Of a stretch of DNA of 64,000 nt, positions 45,846 through 55,063 are shown one piece after another. This DNA is from a virus. Lineage: Duplodnaviria; Caudoviricetes. The notes under the pieces were generated by a model that made no database searches, was not told the origin of the DNA, and was given only the letters and a program-made list of their open reading frames with translations. A program made the translations under genes and the position numbers. Positions within the stretch are counted from its first letter, which is position 1, and every line of letters begins with the position of its first letter. The DNA lies in the IMG/VR virus record IMGVR_UViG_3300027759_000044, one strand, 5' to 3'.

Positions 45846-46751
45846 ATGTTACATAATCAGTTAACCATTGTATCAGTGTTTGGACACAATGATGGTTCTG
45901 CCGCTATACCTTCCATAGTTAAAAGTATGAAGGAGTTACCCGGTAGTAGAGGACTACTTCTGTCAATTAAAAAACCAGAAGACCTACCAAACGACATTGA
46001 ATGGAAACGTATATTCAATCTAAATTACAAACAATATACACTTTTTATGATGCATTCTCTATATGCGTTTATTGAAACAGATTATTGTTTAGTAGTACAG
46101 GACGACAGTTGGGTGTTAAATGGAAATAAATTTGTTGAAGAATTTTATCAATATGATTATATTGGGCCGCCAACACATTGTGGATTTCAATTTAATAATG
46201 ATGCTTCGTCAATTGAACATCTATTTTTACAATTTCATTGGCTTGATAAACCTAATACATTTGTGGTACAAAATGGTGGATTTTCGTTAAGAAGTAAAAG
46301 ATTCTTAGAAGCATGTAATGTAAATGGCATAACTCATACTATACCCGAACCATTAAAATTAAAAAATGATTCAACAAAAAAAGATAATTTGTGGATTCAT
46401 AATTGGAATGAGGACGTACAGCTTACTGCACTTTTTAGACCAATCTTAACAAGTTGTGGATATAAATTTGCGCCATTGGATGTAGCATCAAAATTTGCTA
46501 TTGAATATCTAGATCCAATTTGGCATAAAGGTATAGAGTTTAATAATATTGTAGGTCATCATGCTAAATCCAGAATCTTATTACCAAATAATTTAATAAG
46601 AGTTCCGAATAATGTAGGTAAAATAGGTAAAATGGAAAAAGATTTTATTAATTGGCTAAAAAATAAAAAGGGATATAATATTATTATGGACAAAGATTGG
46701 GAAAGTAAATTTGGTGGAGGTGACGCCTCAGATAAAAATGTAGTGCGTTAG
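45846..46751 (+). CDS. DUF5672-like glycosyltransferase-fold protein, copy 2
   Basis: Tandem paralog of 44927 with the same motifs. Confidence 0.7.
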   Translation: MLHNQLTIVSVFGHNDGSAAIPSIVKSMKELPGSRGLLLSIKKPEDLPNDIEWKRIFNLNYKQYTLFMMHSLYAFIETDYCLVVQDDSWVLNGNKFVEEFYQYDYIGPPTHCGFQFNNDASSIEHLFLQFHWLDKPNTFVVQNGGFSLRSKRFLEACNVNGITHTIPEPLKLKNDSTKKDNLWIHNWNEDVQLTALFRPILTSCGYKFAPLDVASKFAIEYLDPIWHKGIEFNNIVGHHAKSRILLPNNLIRVPNNVGKIGKMEKDFINWLKNKKGYNIIMDKDWESKFGGGDASDKNVVR

Positions 46752-46765
46752 TATTCAAAAATTTA

Positions 46766-46787
46766 CCCCATTAAATGGGGCTTTTTT
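46766..46787 (+). terminator. Rho-independent terminator
   Basis: CCCCAT-TAA-ATGGGG then CTTTTTT. Confidence 0.7.
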
Positions 46788-46794
46788 ATACCCA

Positions 46795-46846
46795 AAATTT
46801 GACAATAAATGGATCTTCTGCTACAATAGAATCTTAGACAGTTAGA
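46795..46846 (+). promoter_or_regulatory. Extended early promoter repeat, copy A
   Basis: AAATTTGACAATAAATGGAT..TACAATAGAATCTTAGACAGTTAGA; -35/-10 with a 17-nt spacer. Confidence 0.85.
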
Positions 46847-46859
46847 TAAAGGAAACGAA

Positions 46860-47195
46860 ATGACTACATTCATCAAAGGCAATTTCTACGGTACTGAGTA
46901 CGTTGACTACACAAACCCAGTTGATGGTACTACAAAGTTTGTAGCCCGATTCAAATATGTTCGTGGAACTAAAGCTAGTTTCCTTACATTCCTTACAAAG
47001 AACTTTACAGTTGAGGAATACTTTAGCCGTTTAGAAAAGGGTGAGGCTCCGCTTGAAATCGTCGGTTCTAAAGGTTTCATTCAACCCCATATCAAAAAAA
47101 TGCTGAAAGAACAGGGTTATCCAGTTTCCAAGGCAGGGTTTGAGCAATTAGTACAGGATAATGTTGCTAAAACACAACAAAGATTAGCCGCTTAA
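46860..47195 (+). CDS. Early hypothetical protein
   Basis: SD AAGGA after promoter A. Confidence 0.75.
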   Translation: MTTFIKGNFYGTEYVDYTNPVDGTTKFVARFKYVRGTKASFLTFLTKNFTVEEYFSRLEKGEAPLEIVGSKGFIQPHIKKMLKEQGYPVSKAGFEQLVQDNVAKTQQRLAA

Positions 47196-47245
47196 ATTTG
47201 ACAATAAATGGATTTGGGCTTATAATAGAATCTTAAACAGTTAAA
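47194..47245 (+). promoter_or_regulatory. Extended early promoter repeat, copy B
   Basis: AAATTTGACAATAAATGGAT..TATAATAGAATCTTAAACAGTTAAA. Confidence 0.85.
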
Positions 47246-47259
47246 CAACGGAGTTAAAC

Positions 47260-47526
47260 ATGAAAGCATTGCAAAAATACATTGACCAGAAGAATCACTG
47301 GAACTCAATCTTTAAAGGTGAGCAATACGAAATTGCTACTCAAGCTGGTCGTCAACGTTTGGCAGATCAAATTGATTCTGCTCTCAGCCCAGAGAATTTG
47401 ACTTGTGATGGAGAACTGCCCCGTGCAGAAGTTAACCGTCGCTACAAAGAATTGATGACTGCCGCTAAACAACTGAAGCAGTTGGATCCATCTGTTAAGT
47501 TTTACGAATACGAAACTGAAGTTTAA
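47260..47526 (+). CDS. Early hypothetical protein
   Basis: SD GGAG; LSPENLTCDGE motif. Confidence 0.75.
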   Translation: MKALQKYIDQKNHWNSIFKGEQYEIATQAGRQRLADQIDSALSPENLTCDGELPRAEVNRRYKELMTAAKQLKQLDPSVKFYEYETEV

Positions 47527-47536
47527 GGAGAAGATT

Positions 47537-48274
47537 ATGCCCGGATTTACTAACGTATCAAATATGACTAGCCGTCAAATTCAACGTATGGGTCACGAGG
47601 ACGATGTTACTCCATATCGTGCTAAAACTAGAACACAAAAAGTTACAATTAACTACAATGCCGATGATGTATGGAGTGCGGCATGTTCGGCTCAACGTAT
47701 TAACGGAAGTTACATTAAGTTGAGTGTAGTATCCGAATCAGATCCAGCTACAACAAAGTTATCCAATCGTATGATTGTTGAACAATTGTTGGCAAACCTA
47801 TCAGGTATCACCGACGAGGATCGTGAACAGGGTAAGAAGGTTCGTGCGTTTTATCAAGCATTGACTTTCAAAATCTTGCAAGGCAAACAACTAAGTGACT
47901 TTGATAACACCGCAATGCTGATTGCTAACAGAGAGGTTATTACTGGTAACTATGATGTTGCTGTAATTGCTAGTTTGCCCTCATGTTATGAGCGTGGTGT
48001 TGTACGTCAAACAGCAGACCAACGTATCAACTTTGCTACAGGTGGTTTTATTGGTAAAGCTAATGACAAGGTGAATGCTTCTATTGAAGTATTGAAATCA
48101 GTATTTTCAATGAAATGGAATACTAACTATGTTACCGGTATTACTACTGATGACCAAGTAGTGTTTTTTGCTTATAAAGAAGCATTGGACATTGGTAAAG
48201 TGTTAAACATTGCAGGTACTGTCAAAGCACATAGAGATAACAGTACACAACTTAATCGTGTAAAGGTATTATGA
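47537..48274 (+). CDS. Early hypothetical protein with a possible C-terminal OB-fold
   Basis: SD AAGGAG; GTVKAH....TQLNRVK ending. Confidence 0.7.
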   Translation: MPGFTNVSNMTSRQIQRMGHEDDVTPYRAKTRTQKVTINYNADDVWSAACSAQRINGSYIKLSVVSESDPATTKLSNRMIVEQLLANLSGITDEDREQGKKVRAFYQALTFKILQGKQLSDFDNTAMLIANREVITGNYDVAVIASLPSCYERGVVRQTADQRINFATGGFIGKANDKVNASIEVLKSVFSMKWNTNYVTGITTDDQVVFFAYKEALDIGKVLNIAGTVKAHRDNSTQLNRVKVL

Positions 48275-48498
48275 ACACAGAATTGATTCAGAAATTAAAA
48301 TCGCAATGTATCTTCCGTGAACAACGTGGTACTAATGCTTTTAATAGTTACATGGTAGATCGGTTTGATAGTGAAAAGTTCGCAGAACTGATTGTACGTG
48401 AGTGTGACCGTTATGCCCGTAGTGTGTGGGAACATGGTCCGTTGTTAGGTAGAGATTTATTAATCCATTTTGGAGTTGAGGAGATGAGTGATGAATAA
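48271..48498 (+). CDS. Small protein of the EKFAELIVxEC family
   Basis: DSEKFAELIVREC...HFGVE is shared with 40427. Confidence 0.7.
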   Translation: MNTELIQKLKSQCIFREQRGTNAFNSYMVDRFDSEKFAELIVRECDRYARSVWEHGPLLGRDLLIHFGVEEMSDE

Positions 48499-48721
48499 AG
48501 ATATTGAAATTCTATTCAAGCAAGCAGGTGGTTATGTTGAAGTTGATAGTGAAGGTAATCGTTTTACCTATACACAGGACTTTGACCCTGATACTTTTGC
48601 TAGTTTAATTATTCAAAATTGTATTCAAACATTAGTCAATTATGGCTATACAGATGCGGCAACTGTTTTAGAAACAGAGTATGCTGAAGATTGGCAAAAA
48701 ATGGAATTTCCGGAGATTTAA
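48488..48721 (+). CDS. Small protein, distant EKFAELIV family member
   Basis: FKQAGG...FASLIIQNC. Confidence 0.65.
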   Translation: MMNKDIEILFKQAGGYVEVDSEGNRFTYTQDFDPDTFASLIIQNCIQTLVNYGYTDAATVLETEYAEDWQKMEFPEI

Positions 48722-48723
48722 TT

Positions 48724-48852
48724 ATGACAAAATTATTAGTAGGCTTTGTTCTTGGCATCGTTGTTTCAACAGTAGGCTTTAGCGGCATTGCTAAAATGGC
48801 TGACAACGGTGTAGAAAAAGTTAAACAGGTAACTGTTGAACAATCTAAGTGA
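48724..48852 (+). CDS. 42-aa membrane peptide (below the ORF-track cutoff)
   Basis: MTKLLVGFVLGIVVSTVGFSGIAK...; SD GGAG. Confidence 0.6.
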   Translation: MTKLLVGFVLGIVVSTVGFSGIAKMADNGVEKVKQVTVEQSK

Positions 48853-48881
48853 AATATAAACGTAAAAAGGTGGAGGATATT

Positions 48882-49310
48882 ATGGGACTAGATATGTATG
48901 CTTATGTTGCTAAAAAAAGAGGGCAATACAATGAATTCTACGAAACCGCAGAGTTTGATGGAACAACAAATGATTTTGAAAGTGAAACAGTTACTAAGCC
49001 ACATGAACTTGCGTACTGGCGTAAGCATCCTAACTTGCATGGTTGGATGGAACAACTATGGATTAGTAAAGGGCGTCCAAGACAAAGTGTTGGTTGGCCT
49101 ATATTCAACGGCATTGAACTTGAACTAACATGGGATGACTTGGATAACCTTGAACGTGCTATTCGTCACGGTCAACTTCCGGATACAGAAGGTTTCTTCT
49201 TTGGTAATCCTGCAGACAATCATTACTATGAACAAGACCTTGAATTTGTAAACAACGCTAAGGCAGAAGTGTTCCTGGGATTAAAAGTATTTTACAATAG
49301 CAGTTGGTAA
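48882..49310 (+). CDS. Conserved-looking phage protein (MGLDMY...YWRKH)
   Basis: SD GGAGG; start moved from 48849. Confidence 0.75.
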   Translation: MGLDMYAYVAKKRGQYNEFYETAEFDGTTNDFESETVTKPHELAYWRKHPNLHGWMEQLWISKGRPRQSVGWPIFNGIELELTWDDLDNLERAIRHGQLPDTEGFFFGNPADNHYYEQDLEFVNNAKAEVFLGLKVFYNSSW

Positions 49311-49335
49311 CTAAATACCCCGTAAGGGTAACATC

Positions 49336-49518
49336 ATGGACACTATTAAAACAACAATTATAACAATGCTAGTAATCGTAGGAATGATTTGGTTTGTACG
49401 AGAGGGTACCGACGATCCTGATTATGTTGTACTAGAGTATCAGTGTTCCAAACTAGACACATATGAACAAGTGCCTGATCAGGCATATGAAGAATGTAAT
49501 AATCGTAAGGCAAAATAA
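49336..49518 (+). CDS. Small membrane-anchored protein
   Basis: N-terminal TM helix, two Cys; CTAAATA at 49311. Confidence 0.6.
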   Translation: MDTIKTTIITMLVIVGMIWFVREGTDDPDYVVLEYQCSKLDTYEQVPDQAYEECNNRKAK

Positions 49519-50003
49519 TGGCTATCTTATATCGCATCAAACCACAAGATAAAAAATCTATTGAGGCATACTATGATGTTTATAGTAAAGATGAACAAGG
49601 TAATATCCGCAGTTGGAGTGTAACCGAAACATATCGTTGGGGTCAAGGATTCGTAGAAGATGAATCTGAGTTACCTTTTAGTGATGATAGAGAACATATT
49701 GTAGATTCTGAAATTGGGTGGGGATGTGAACTTGATGACCTTTGTGCTTGTTGGTTTGAGTTTGATGATAGCTTTACTGATGAAGAAAAAGCCGAAATTG
49801 AACAAGCATGGGAAGATGGTGGAGCAGGATGGCTATATGATAGTGAACATAAATGGGAAGTTGACTATGAAAGTATAACTATTTTGGGTCCATATATAGT
49901 TGACAAAGTTGACGAAGATGTGTATAATGTAAGTATTGAAACAATAGAACTTAAACCCCGTCCACCTTTTGTAGCAACAACAGCGTGGCCATTCTCAGGA
50001 TAA
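49518..50003 (+). CDS. Acidic hypothetical protein
   Basis: TAATG-coupled; D/E- and W-rich. Confidence 0.7.
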   Translation: MAILYRIKPQDKKSIEAYYDVYSKDEQGNIRSWSVTETYRWGQGFVEDESELPFSDDREHIVDSEIGWGCELDDLCACWFEFDDSFTDEEKAEIEQAWEDGGAGWLYDSEHKWEVDYESITILGPYIVDKVDEDVYNVSIETIELKPRPPFVATTAWPFSG

Positions 50004-50006
50004 TAT

Positions 50007-51341
50007 ATGTCAGCAAGTTGGATTAATAAATTAAATGAATCAGATAGCCGCCTGCACAAGGAAGATATCATTTTACAGGCGCTTGAGGCAAGTGTCCTAG
50101 GTAGCACTAATGCTCAGATTTTTCTGGGTTTGACCAAAGCTTGTTACAATCCTTATGTGACATTCGGTGTACGAAAAGTGTCTGATACAGTAGGTATCGT
50201 TGATGCTGAAAATCCTTGGAGTGAGTTTAATACATTACTGACTATGTTATCACAACGTGATTTGTCAGGTAATGCCGCACTAGATGCTATCAATGAAATG
50301 AGTGAACGTTTTGATAGTATAGAATGGAATACATTCTGTGCTCCTGTTATTCGTAGAGATTTACGTGCAGGCATTTCAGATAAAACAATCAATAAAATCT
50401 GTAAGAAAACACAATACGAAATTCCAATCTTTGGTTGTCAACTTGCTACTAATAGCGAAGGTCGTCCTGAGATGAAAGGTACTAAACGCCTAGAACCTAA
50501 GCTTGATGGTGTTCGTGTATTGATGATGGTTATCCCGGGTGCAAGCGAAGGTATAACTACAGTTTGCTACAGCCGTAATGGCAAAGTGTTTGATAACTTT
50601 GGTCACATTGAAAAACAGATTAGCGACAACTTTGTTAAGATTGCCAGAGGACATCAGAACGCATTGATTAACGGGTTTGTATTAGATGGAGAAGTGATTG
50701 GTAATACATTCCAAGAACTGATGCGACAAGCACGCCGTAAGACTGATGTACAAGCAGATGACAGTGTGTTCAATATCTTTGATATTATTCCATTAAGTGA
50801 TTTCCGTGAAGGACATTGGAATGCTCAACTACGTAAACGTATTGCTATACTTGAACATATTCGGCACGTAGTTGACACTATGCCTAACGTAGAGTTGTTG
50901 CCTCACATCATGGTTGACTTAGATACAGCCGCAGGTAAGGATCAACTTGAACGCTATGCTAAGGATAATGTCAATGCAGGGTTTGAAGGCATTATGATTA
51001 AAGAATTAGAAGCTCCATATATCTGTAAGCGTAGCACTGATTGGATGAAATGGAAGCCAACATTAACCGTAGACTTGGAGGTCGTAGGTGTTGAAGAAGG
51101 TACTGGTAGAAACTTGGGAAGACTTGGAGCATTGGTTTGTCATGGAGTTGACGACGGGAAAGAAATTACAGTCAATGTGGGTAGTGGCTTTAGTGATACT
51201 GATAGAGATGACTATTACACTAACCGTAATTTGGTCATTGGTCGTACTGCTGAAGTCTTGTGTGATGTGATTACCCAAAATCAAGACGGAACGTATAGTT
51301 TGCGTTTCCCCAGATTTGTTCGTTTCCGTGACGATAAATGA
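50007..51341 (+). CDS. ATP-dependent DNA ligase
   Basis: EPKLDGVR (motif I), LDGEV, FDII, EGIMIK, KWKP and SLRFPRF. Confidence 0.95.
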   Translation: MSASWINKLNESDSRLHKEDIILQALEASVLGSTNAQIFLGLTKACYNPYVTFGVRKVSDTVGIVDAENPWSEFNTLLTMLSQRDLSGNAALDAINEMSERFDSIEWNTFCAPVIRRDLRAGISDKTINKICKKTQYEIPIFGCQLATNSEGRPEMKGTKRLEPKLDGVRVLMMVIPGASEGITTVCYSRNGKVFDNFGHIEKQISDNFVKIARGHQNALINGFVLDGEVIGNTFQELMRQARRKTDVQADDSVFNIFDIIPLSDFREGHWNAQLRKRIAILEHIRHVVDTMPNVELLPHIMVDLDTAAGKDQLERYAKDNVNAGFEGIMIKELEAPYICKRSTDWMKWKPTLTVDLEVVGVEEGTGRNLGRLGALVCHGVDDGKEITVNVGSGFSDTDRDDYYTNRNLVIGRTAEVLCDVITQNQDGTYSLRFPRFVRFRDDK

Positions 51342-51366
51342 TAGAATAACTCAATAGGAGAATAAT

Positions 51367-52620
51367 ATGGTAACAGTTGTAAAACATGAATGGCATCAGC
51401 ACGATAGACAATATGCTATTGAAATTGATGAAGCACTATTAAGTGAAATCTATCCTGATTTAGATGAGGATGAAATTAAACAAAAACTCGCAGACCTCGA
51501 GGCAGGTGAAATTGACTACGAAGAAGTGCTTGACGATGCCAATGAAAATGACGTTGAGATTGAATGGGAATTTCAATATGATGACTGTTGGACTGACCGT
51601 AAAGGCGGGTATGAAGTTACATATGAACTAGGTGATGAAGACAGTTGGCATAGTGACCCTCCTCCACCAGAGCCTACGCACAAATGTACTAAGTGCAAGT
51701 GGGTAGGTCAAAGCTATGATGCCGAGTGGTCTTGGGTAGATAAAGAGGGTACTGAAATTGATGACCCTAGAAAAATTTGTCCAATGTGTGAAAGTGATAC
51801 TGAATTAACAGAAGCAGGTATCAAAGATAAAAAAGAATCTGATGAACGTTCTGCACGATGGGCTAAAGAAGCAGTAGATGATGAAGAAGATGACGAACCC
51901 ATTGATGCGACCGAACTAGAGGCAGCATTAGAAGAACTTAAACAAGAATTTGAGACACTTGTGGCAGAACCAGATGTGTTACCTAACTATCCAGCCGGTG
52001 AATACACCATTCGTATTTGGGGTCGTACACGTGAAATTGGTGTACATAAGATTAAGAAAGCACAATACGATTATTGGAGTGATGAAGACCACGAAGATGA
52101 TTTGAGTGATGCTCTTAATGAAAGCTACGATTATGATGAGAACAAAACTCCCAAAGCGGCACAATTTGATTTGCCTTATTATGAGTATCAGGGCAAACAT
52201 TCATTCTGGGGCTTTGACCAAGATGATACTCACATGACCATTACTAATAGTGAAGGTGAAGAGATTTATGAAGGTGATTTAGAATCATTTATTGCTGAAG
52301 CACACGGAGAAGAAGATAGTCGTTGGGAAGCCACAGAAGAACTAGAAGAACTATATCCAGAACATCTAGGTAAGGGTTATTGGTTGATGTGGACACAAGG
52401 TGGTAAAGGTAGTTGTATACAAACTACTATTGAGATTGAAGAAGGTCAAGAGTTTGATCCTCGCAAACTTAAAGTCCTTAACTGGGATATTCAAGGTACA
52501 AGTGTAGTTACACGTTTAGTGTATGACGGTGATGAACTTGATGATAATGGTATGGATAGTGAACATGACAACTGGCGTGGTCAGTGGGCACAGTTTGATG
52601 TATATCATAATACAAAATGA
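51367..52620 (+). CDS. Very acidic protein with a zinc ribbon
   Basis: CTKC...CPMC; extreme D/E content; SD AGGAG. Confidence 0.75.
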   Translation: MVTVVKHEWHQHDRQYAIEIDEALLSEIYPDLDEDEIKQKLADLEAGEIDYEEVLDDANENDVEIEWEFQYDDCWTDRKGGYEVTYELGDEDSWHSDPPPPEPTHKCTKCKWVGQSYDAEWSWVDKEGTEIDDPRKICPMCESDTELTEAGIKDKKESDERSARWAKEAVDDEEDDEPIDATELEAALEELKQEFETLVAEPDVLPNYPAGEYTIRIWGRTREIGVHKIKKAQYDYWSDEDHEDDLSDALNESYDYDENKTPKAAQFDLPYYEYQGKHSFWGFDQDDTHMTITNSEGEEIYEGDLESFIAEAHGEEDSRWEATEELEELYPEHLGKGYWLMWTQGGKGSCIQTTIEIEEGQEFDPRKLKVLNWDIQGTSVVTRLVYDGDELDDNGMDSEHDNWRGQWAQFDVYHNTK

Positions 52621-52829
52621 ACGCATATACTTTAGTAGGTCAATCTTATGTATTTGAAGATGGCAACAGGATTGAAGTAATACAGGTAAAAAAGACTGAT
52701 GAGGATCGTGGTGATTATTTAGTTACATATCACGTTACTCACGGTCCTGGTATTCCTCAAAAGCTAGTTTTACCTGTAGCTGAATTTCTTAGTTATTATA
52801 GTCACTTATTTGACGTTAGTATAGACTAA
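52617..52829 (+). CDS. Small hypothetical protein
   Basis: ATGA-coupled. Confidence 0.65.
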   Translation: MNAYTLVGQSYVFEDGNRIEVIQVKKTDEDRGDYLVTYHVTHGPGIPQKLVLPVAEFLSYYSHLFDVSID

Positions 52830-52836
52830 ATATTAG

Positions 52837-54366
52837 ATGCGCCTTAAATTTTTATCATTCTCAAATCTCACATTATTAGTAGCACTATCATTAAGTTCAG
52901 TAGCTGCCTGGTATAGTATAATTGGCTTAACCGCTATCTTTGCAGGTGCGGTTATTCCTGTTATTATTATGGGTGGTATCCTAGAAATAGGAAAGATCAC
53001 TACAACTGTTTGGTTACGCAAGTACTGGAGTCGTTGTGGCTTCCTACTTAAACTATACCTTGTACCTGCTGTTATTGCATTAGCATTACTCACTAGCATG
53101 GGTATCTTTGGCTTCCTAAGTAAAGCGCATATGGAACACGGTTTAAATACCGGTGATAGCCAGGCTAAGTTATCATTGTATGATGAGAAGATAAAAACAC
53201 AACGAGATAATATTGAGTTAGCCCGTAAAGCATTAACTCAAATGGACAATCAAGTTGACCAACGATTAAGTCGCGGTGATAGTGAGAATAGTGCTGAACG
53301 TGCTGTACAGATTCGTAGACAACAAGCAGGTGAGCGTAGTAGATTACAAAAAGATATCGGTGATGCTCAAAAAGAAATTGCTAAATTAAACGAAGAACGA
53401 GCACCTATTGCGGCAGAGAATCGTAAAGTAGAAGCAGAAGTTGGACCTATCAAATATATTGCCGCATTGATGTATGGTGATAATGCTGATAACAATATGT
53501 TAGAGAGTGCAGTACGTTGGGTTATTATTTTATTGGTTATTGTATTTGATCCATTAGCTATTGCGTTAGTGTTAGCTGCCAATGCAAGTAAGGAATGGGA
53601 TGAGGAGGGTGACAGCCCTCTAGGGACTGAACCAATATCAACTCCCACTGTCACAGAACCAGCATATGAGCCTGATGATGGTCCATTAACTGATGACCAA
53701 ATTAAACAGATTATTGCAATGGCAGGAACCCCCAAACATCCTATTAACTGTTACATGTGTGGCACTGAGTTGGTTAATGCTACTGGCATTGGTTTATTCT
53801 GCCCAAATAAATTATGTGATGTTAAAGATGGTCCTTTTGAAGAACCAGAAGTAGAACCTAAAACTATATTAGAACAACATCCTTACTTAAGTAAACCATT
53901 TGTGAGTTTTGACACTAAACCAATGGTTGCTCCAAAAGAAGAAATAGTAGAAGATACATCAGAAATTATTCAATCCGAGAAACCTTATAAGGAATTAGAA
54001 GGTGGTTATGTAATGTTTGAAGATAAACATTACCAAATGGATGCATTAAAGAGTTTACGCCCAGATATATTTATGGCAACTGCTGATAGTCAACGTTCAA
54101 TTAGTACAAATTTTGGTATTAAATTTCCAGATGGTGCTAATAAAGGGGATGTATTTGTACGAGTAGATTCATTACCAAATCGTGTCTATAAGTATGACGG
54201 TCGTAAATGGATTGAGGTTCAAAAGGAACAGTCGGATACCTATCTACATAACCAAAAATATATCAAATATCTGGTTGAAAAGATAGAAAAGGGCGAATAC
54301 GATTTGGATTTATTGTCCGAAACTGAAAAGGAACAGATAGAATTGTTCCTAAAGAATCAAAAATAA
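52837..54366 (+). CDS. Membrane protein with a periplasmic coiled coil and cytoplasmic C-terminal domains
   Basis: N-terminal TM helices, long heptad region, TM (IILLVIVFDPLAIALVLAA) and a CxxC...CxxxxC motif. CTAAATA lies 4 nt upstream. Confidence 0.75.
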   Translation: MRLKFLSFSNLTLLVALSLSSVAAWYSIIGLTAIFAGAVIPVIIMGGILEIGKITTTVWLRKYWSRCGFLLKLYLVPAVIALALLTSMGIFGFLSKAHMEHGLNTGDSQAKLSLYDEKIKTQRDNIELARKALTQMDNQVDQRLSRGDSENSAERAVQIRRQQAGERSRLQKDIGDAQKEIAKLNEERAPIAAENRKVEAEVGPIKYIAALMYGDNADNNMLESAVRWVIILLVIVFDPLAIALVLAANASKEWDEEGDSPLGTEPISTPTVTEPAYEPDDGPLTDDQIKQIIAMAGTPKHPINCYMCGTELVNATGIGLFCPNKLCDVKDGPFEEPEVEPKTILEQHPYLSKPFVSFDTKPMVAPKEEIVEDTSEIIQSEKPYKELEGGYVMFEDKHYQMDALKSLRPDIFMATADSQRSISTNFGIKFPDGANKGDVFVRVDSLPNRVYKYDGRKWIEVQKEQSDTYLHNQKYIKYLVEKIEKGEYDLDLLSETEKEQIELFLKNQK

Positions 54367-54395
54367 TTGACAATAATTGGAGAGTGTGTTAATAT
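54367..54395 (+). promoter_or_regulatory. sigma70-type promoter
   Basis: TTGACA-N17-TAATAT. Confidence 0.65.
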
Positions 54396-54425
54396 ACACA
54401 TATCTTAAACTTATTGGAGATTTAA

Positions 54426-55061
54426 ATGAAATTCAAATTATTAGCTTTAGTAACTGCTCTTTCGCTAGCGGGCTGTTCTGGTATGAAACGTGGTGAGGGT
54501 GAATTTGAACAAATTCGTAATCAAAAACTGTCCACGTCATTCAAACAAGATACAATTCGTATTGAAACTGATTGTGCTTGGTATACATGGAATAAATCAA
54601 ATTGTGAAATAGTTAGTATTGAGGCAATAGGCACAGCAAGTACTAATGGTAACACAGAAAGTAATCGGCGAACTGCATTAATTCGTGCTGGTGATCATGC
54701 CCGCGCAAGTGTTCGTCATTTTATCCAAGAAGATGTTTCTAGCACACGTGTAAATAATACACTTGCTAAAAACGTTGAAAAGGCAAGTGACCGAATGAAA
54801 TCTCGCACAACAACAGGTGAGGTTGTCTCAATGAGTGATACTGATGCTGAAAAAGACACTAATCATTCAGTACGTGAAAATAGCAATGATACCGCGTATC
54901 AACTAAGTGAAAATATTCGTGTTAATGCTCAGGGCATCTTACGTGGATTCAAGGTTATTAAACAAGAGGTTACTGCGCCGCAAGAAGTTGCTGTAACTAT
55001 TCGTTGGGATAAAGAATCCGAAAAAGTTTCAAATCAATTGCGTAAAAAATTCGGTAACTAA
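54426..55061 (+). CDS. Lipoprotein (LPP20-like)
   Basis: Lipobox LAGC; A..A..RA pattern and C-terminal V.VTIRWD. Confidence 0.7.
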   Translation: MKFKLLALVTALSLAGCSGMKRGEGEFEQIRNQKLSTSFKQDTIRIETDCAWYTWNKSNCEIVSIEAIGTASTNGNTESNRRTALIRAGDHARASVRHFIQEDVSSTRVNNTLAKNVEKASDRMKSRTTTGEVVSMSDTDAEKDTNHSVRENSNDTAYQLSENIRVNAQGILRGFKVIKQEVTAPQEVAVTIRWDKESEKVSNQLRKKFGN

Positions 55062-55063
55062 TT

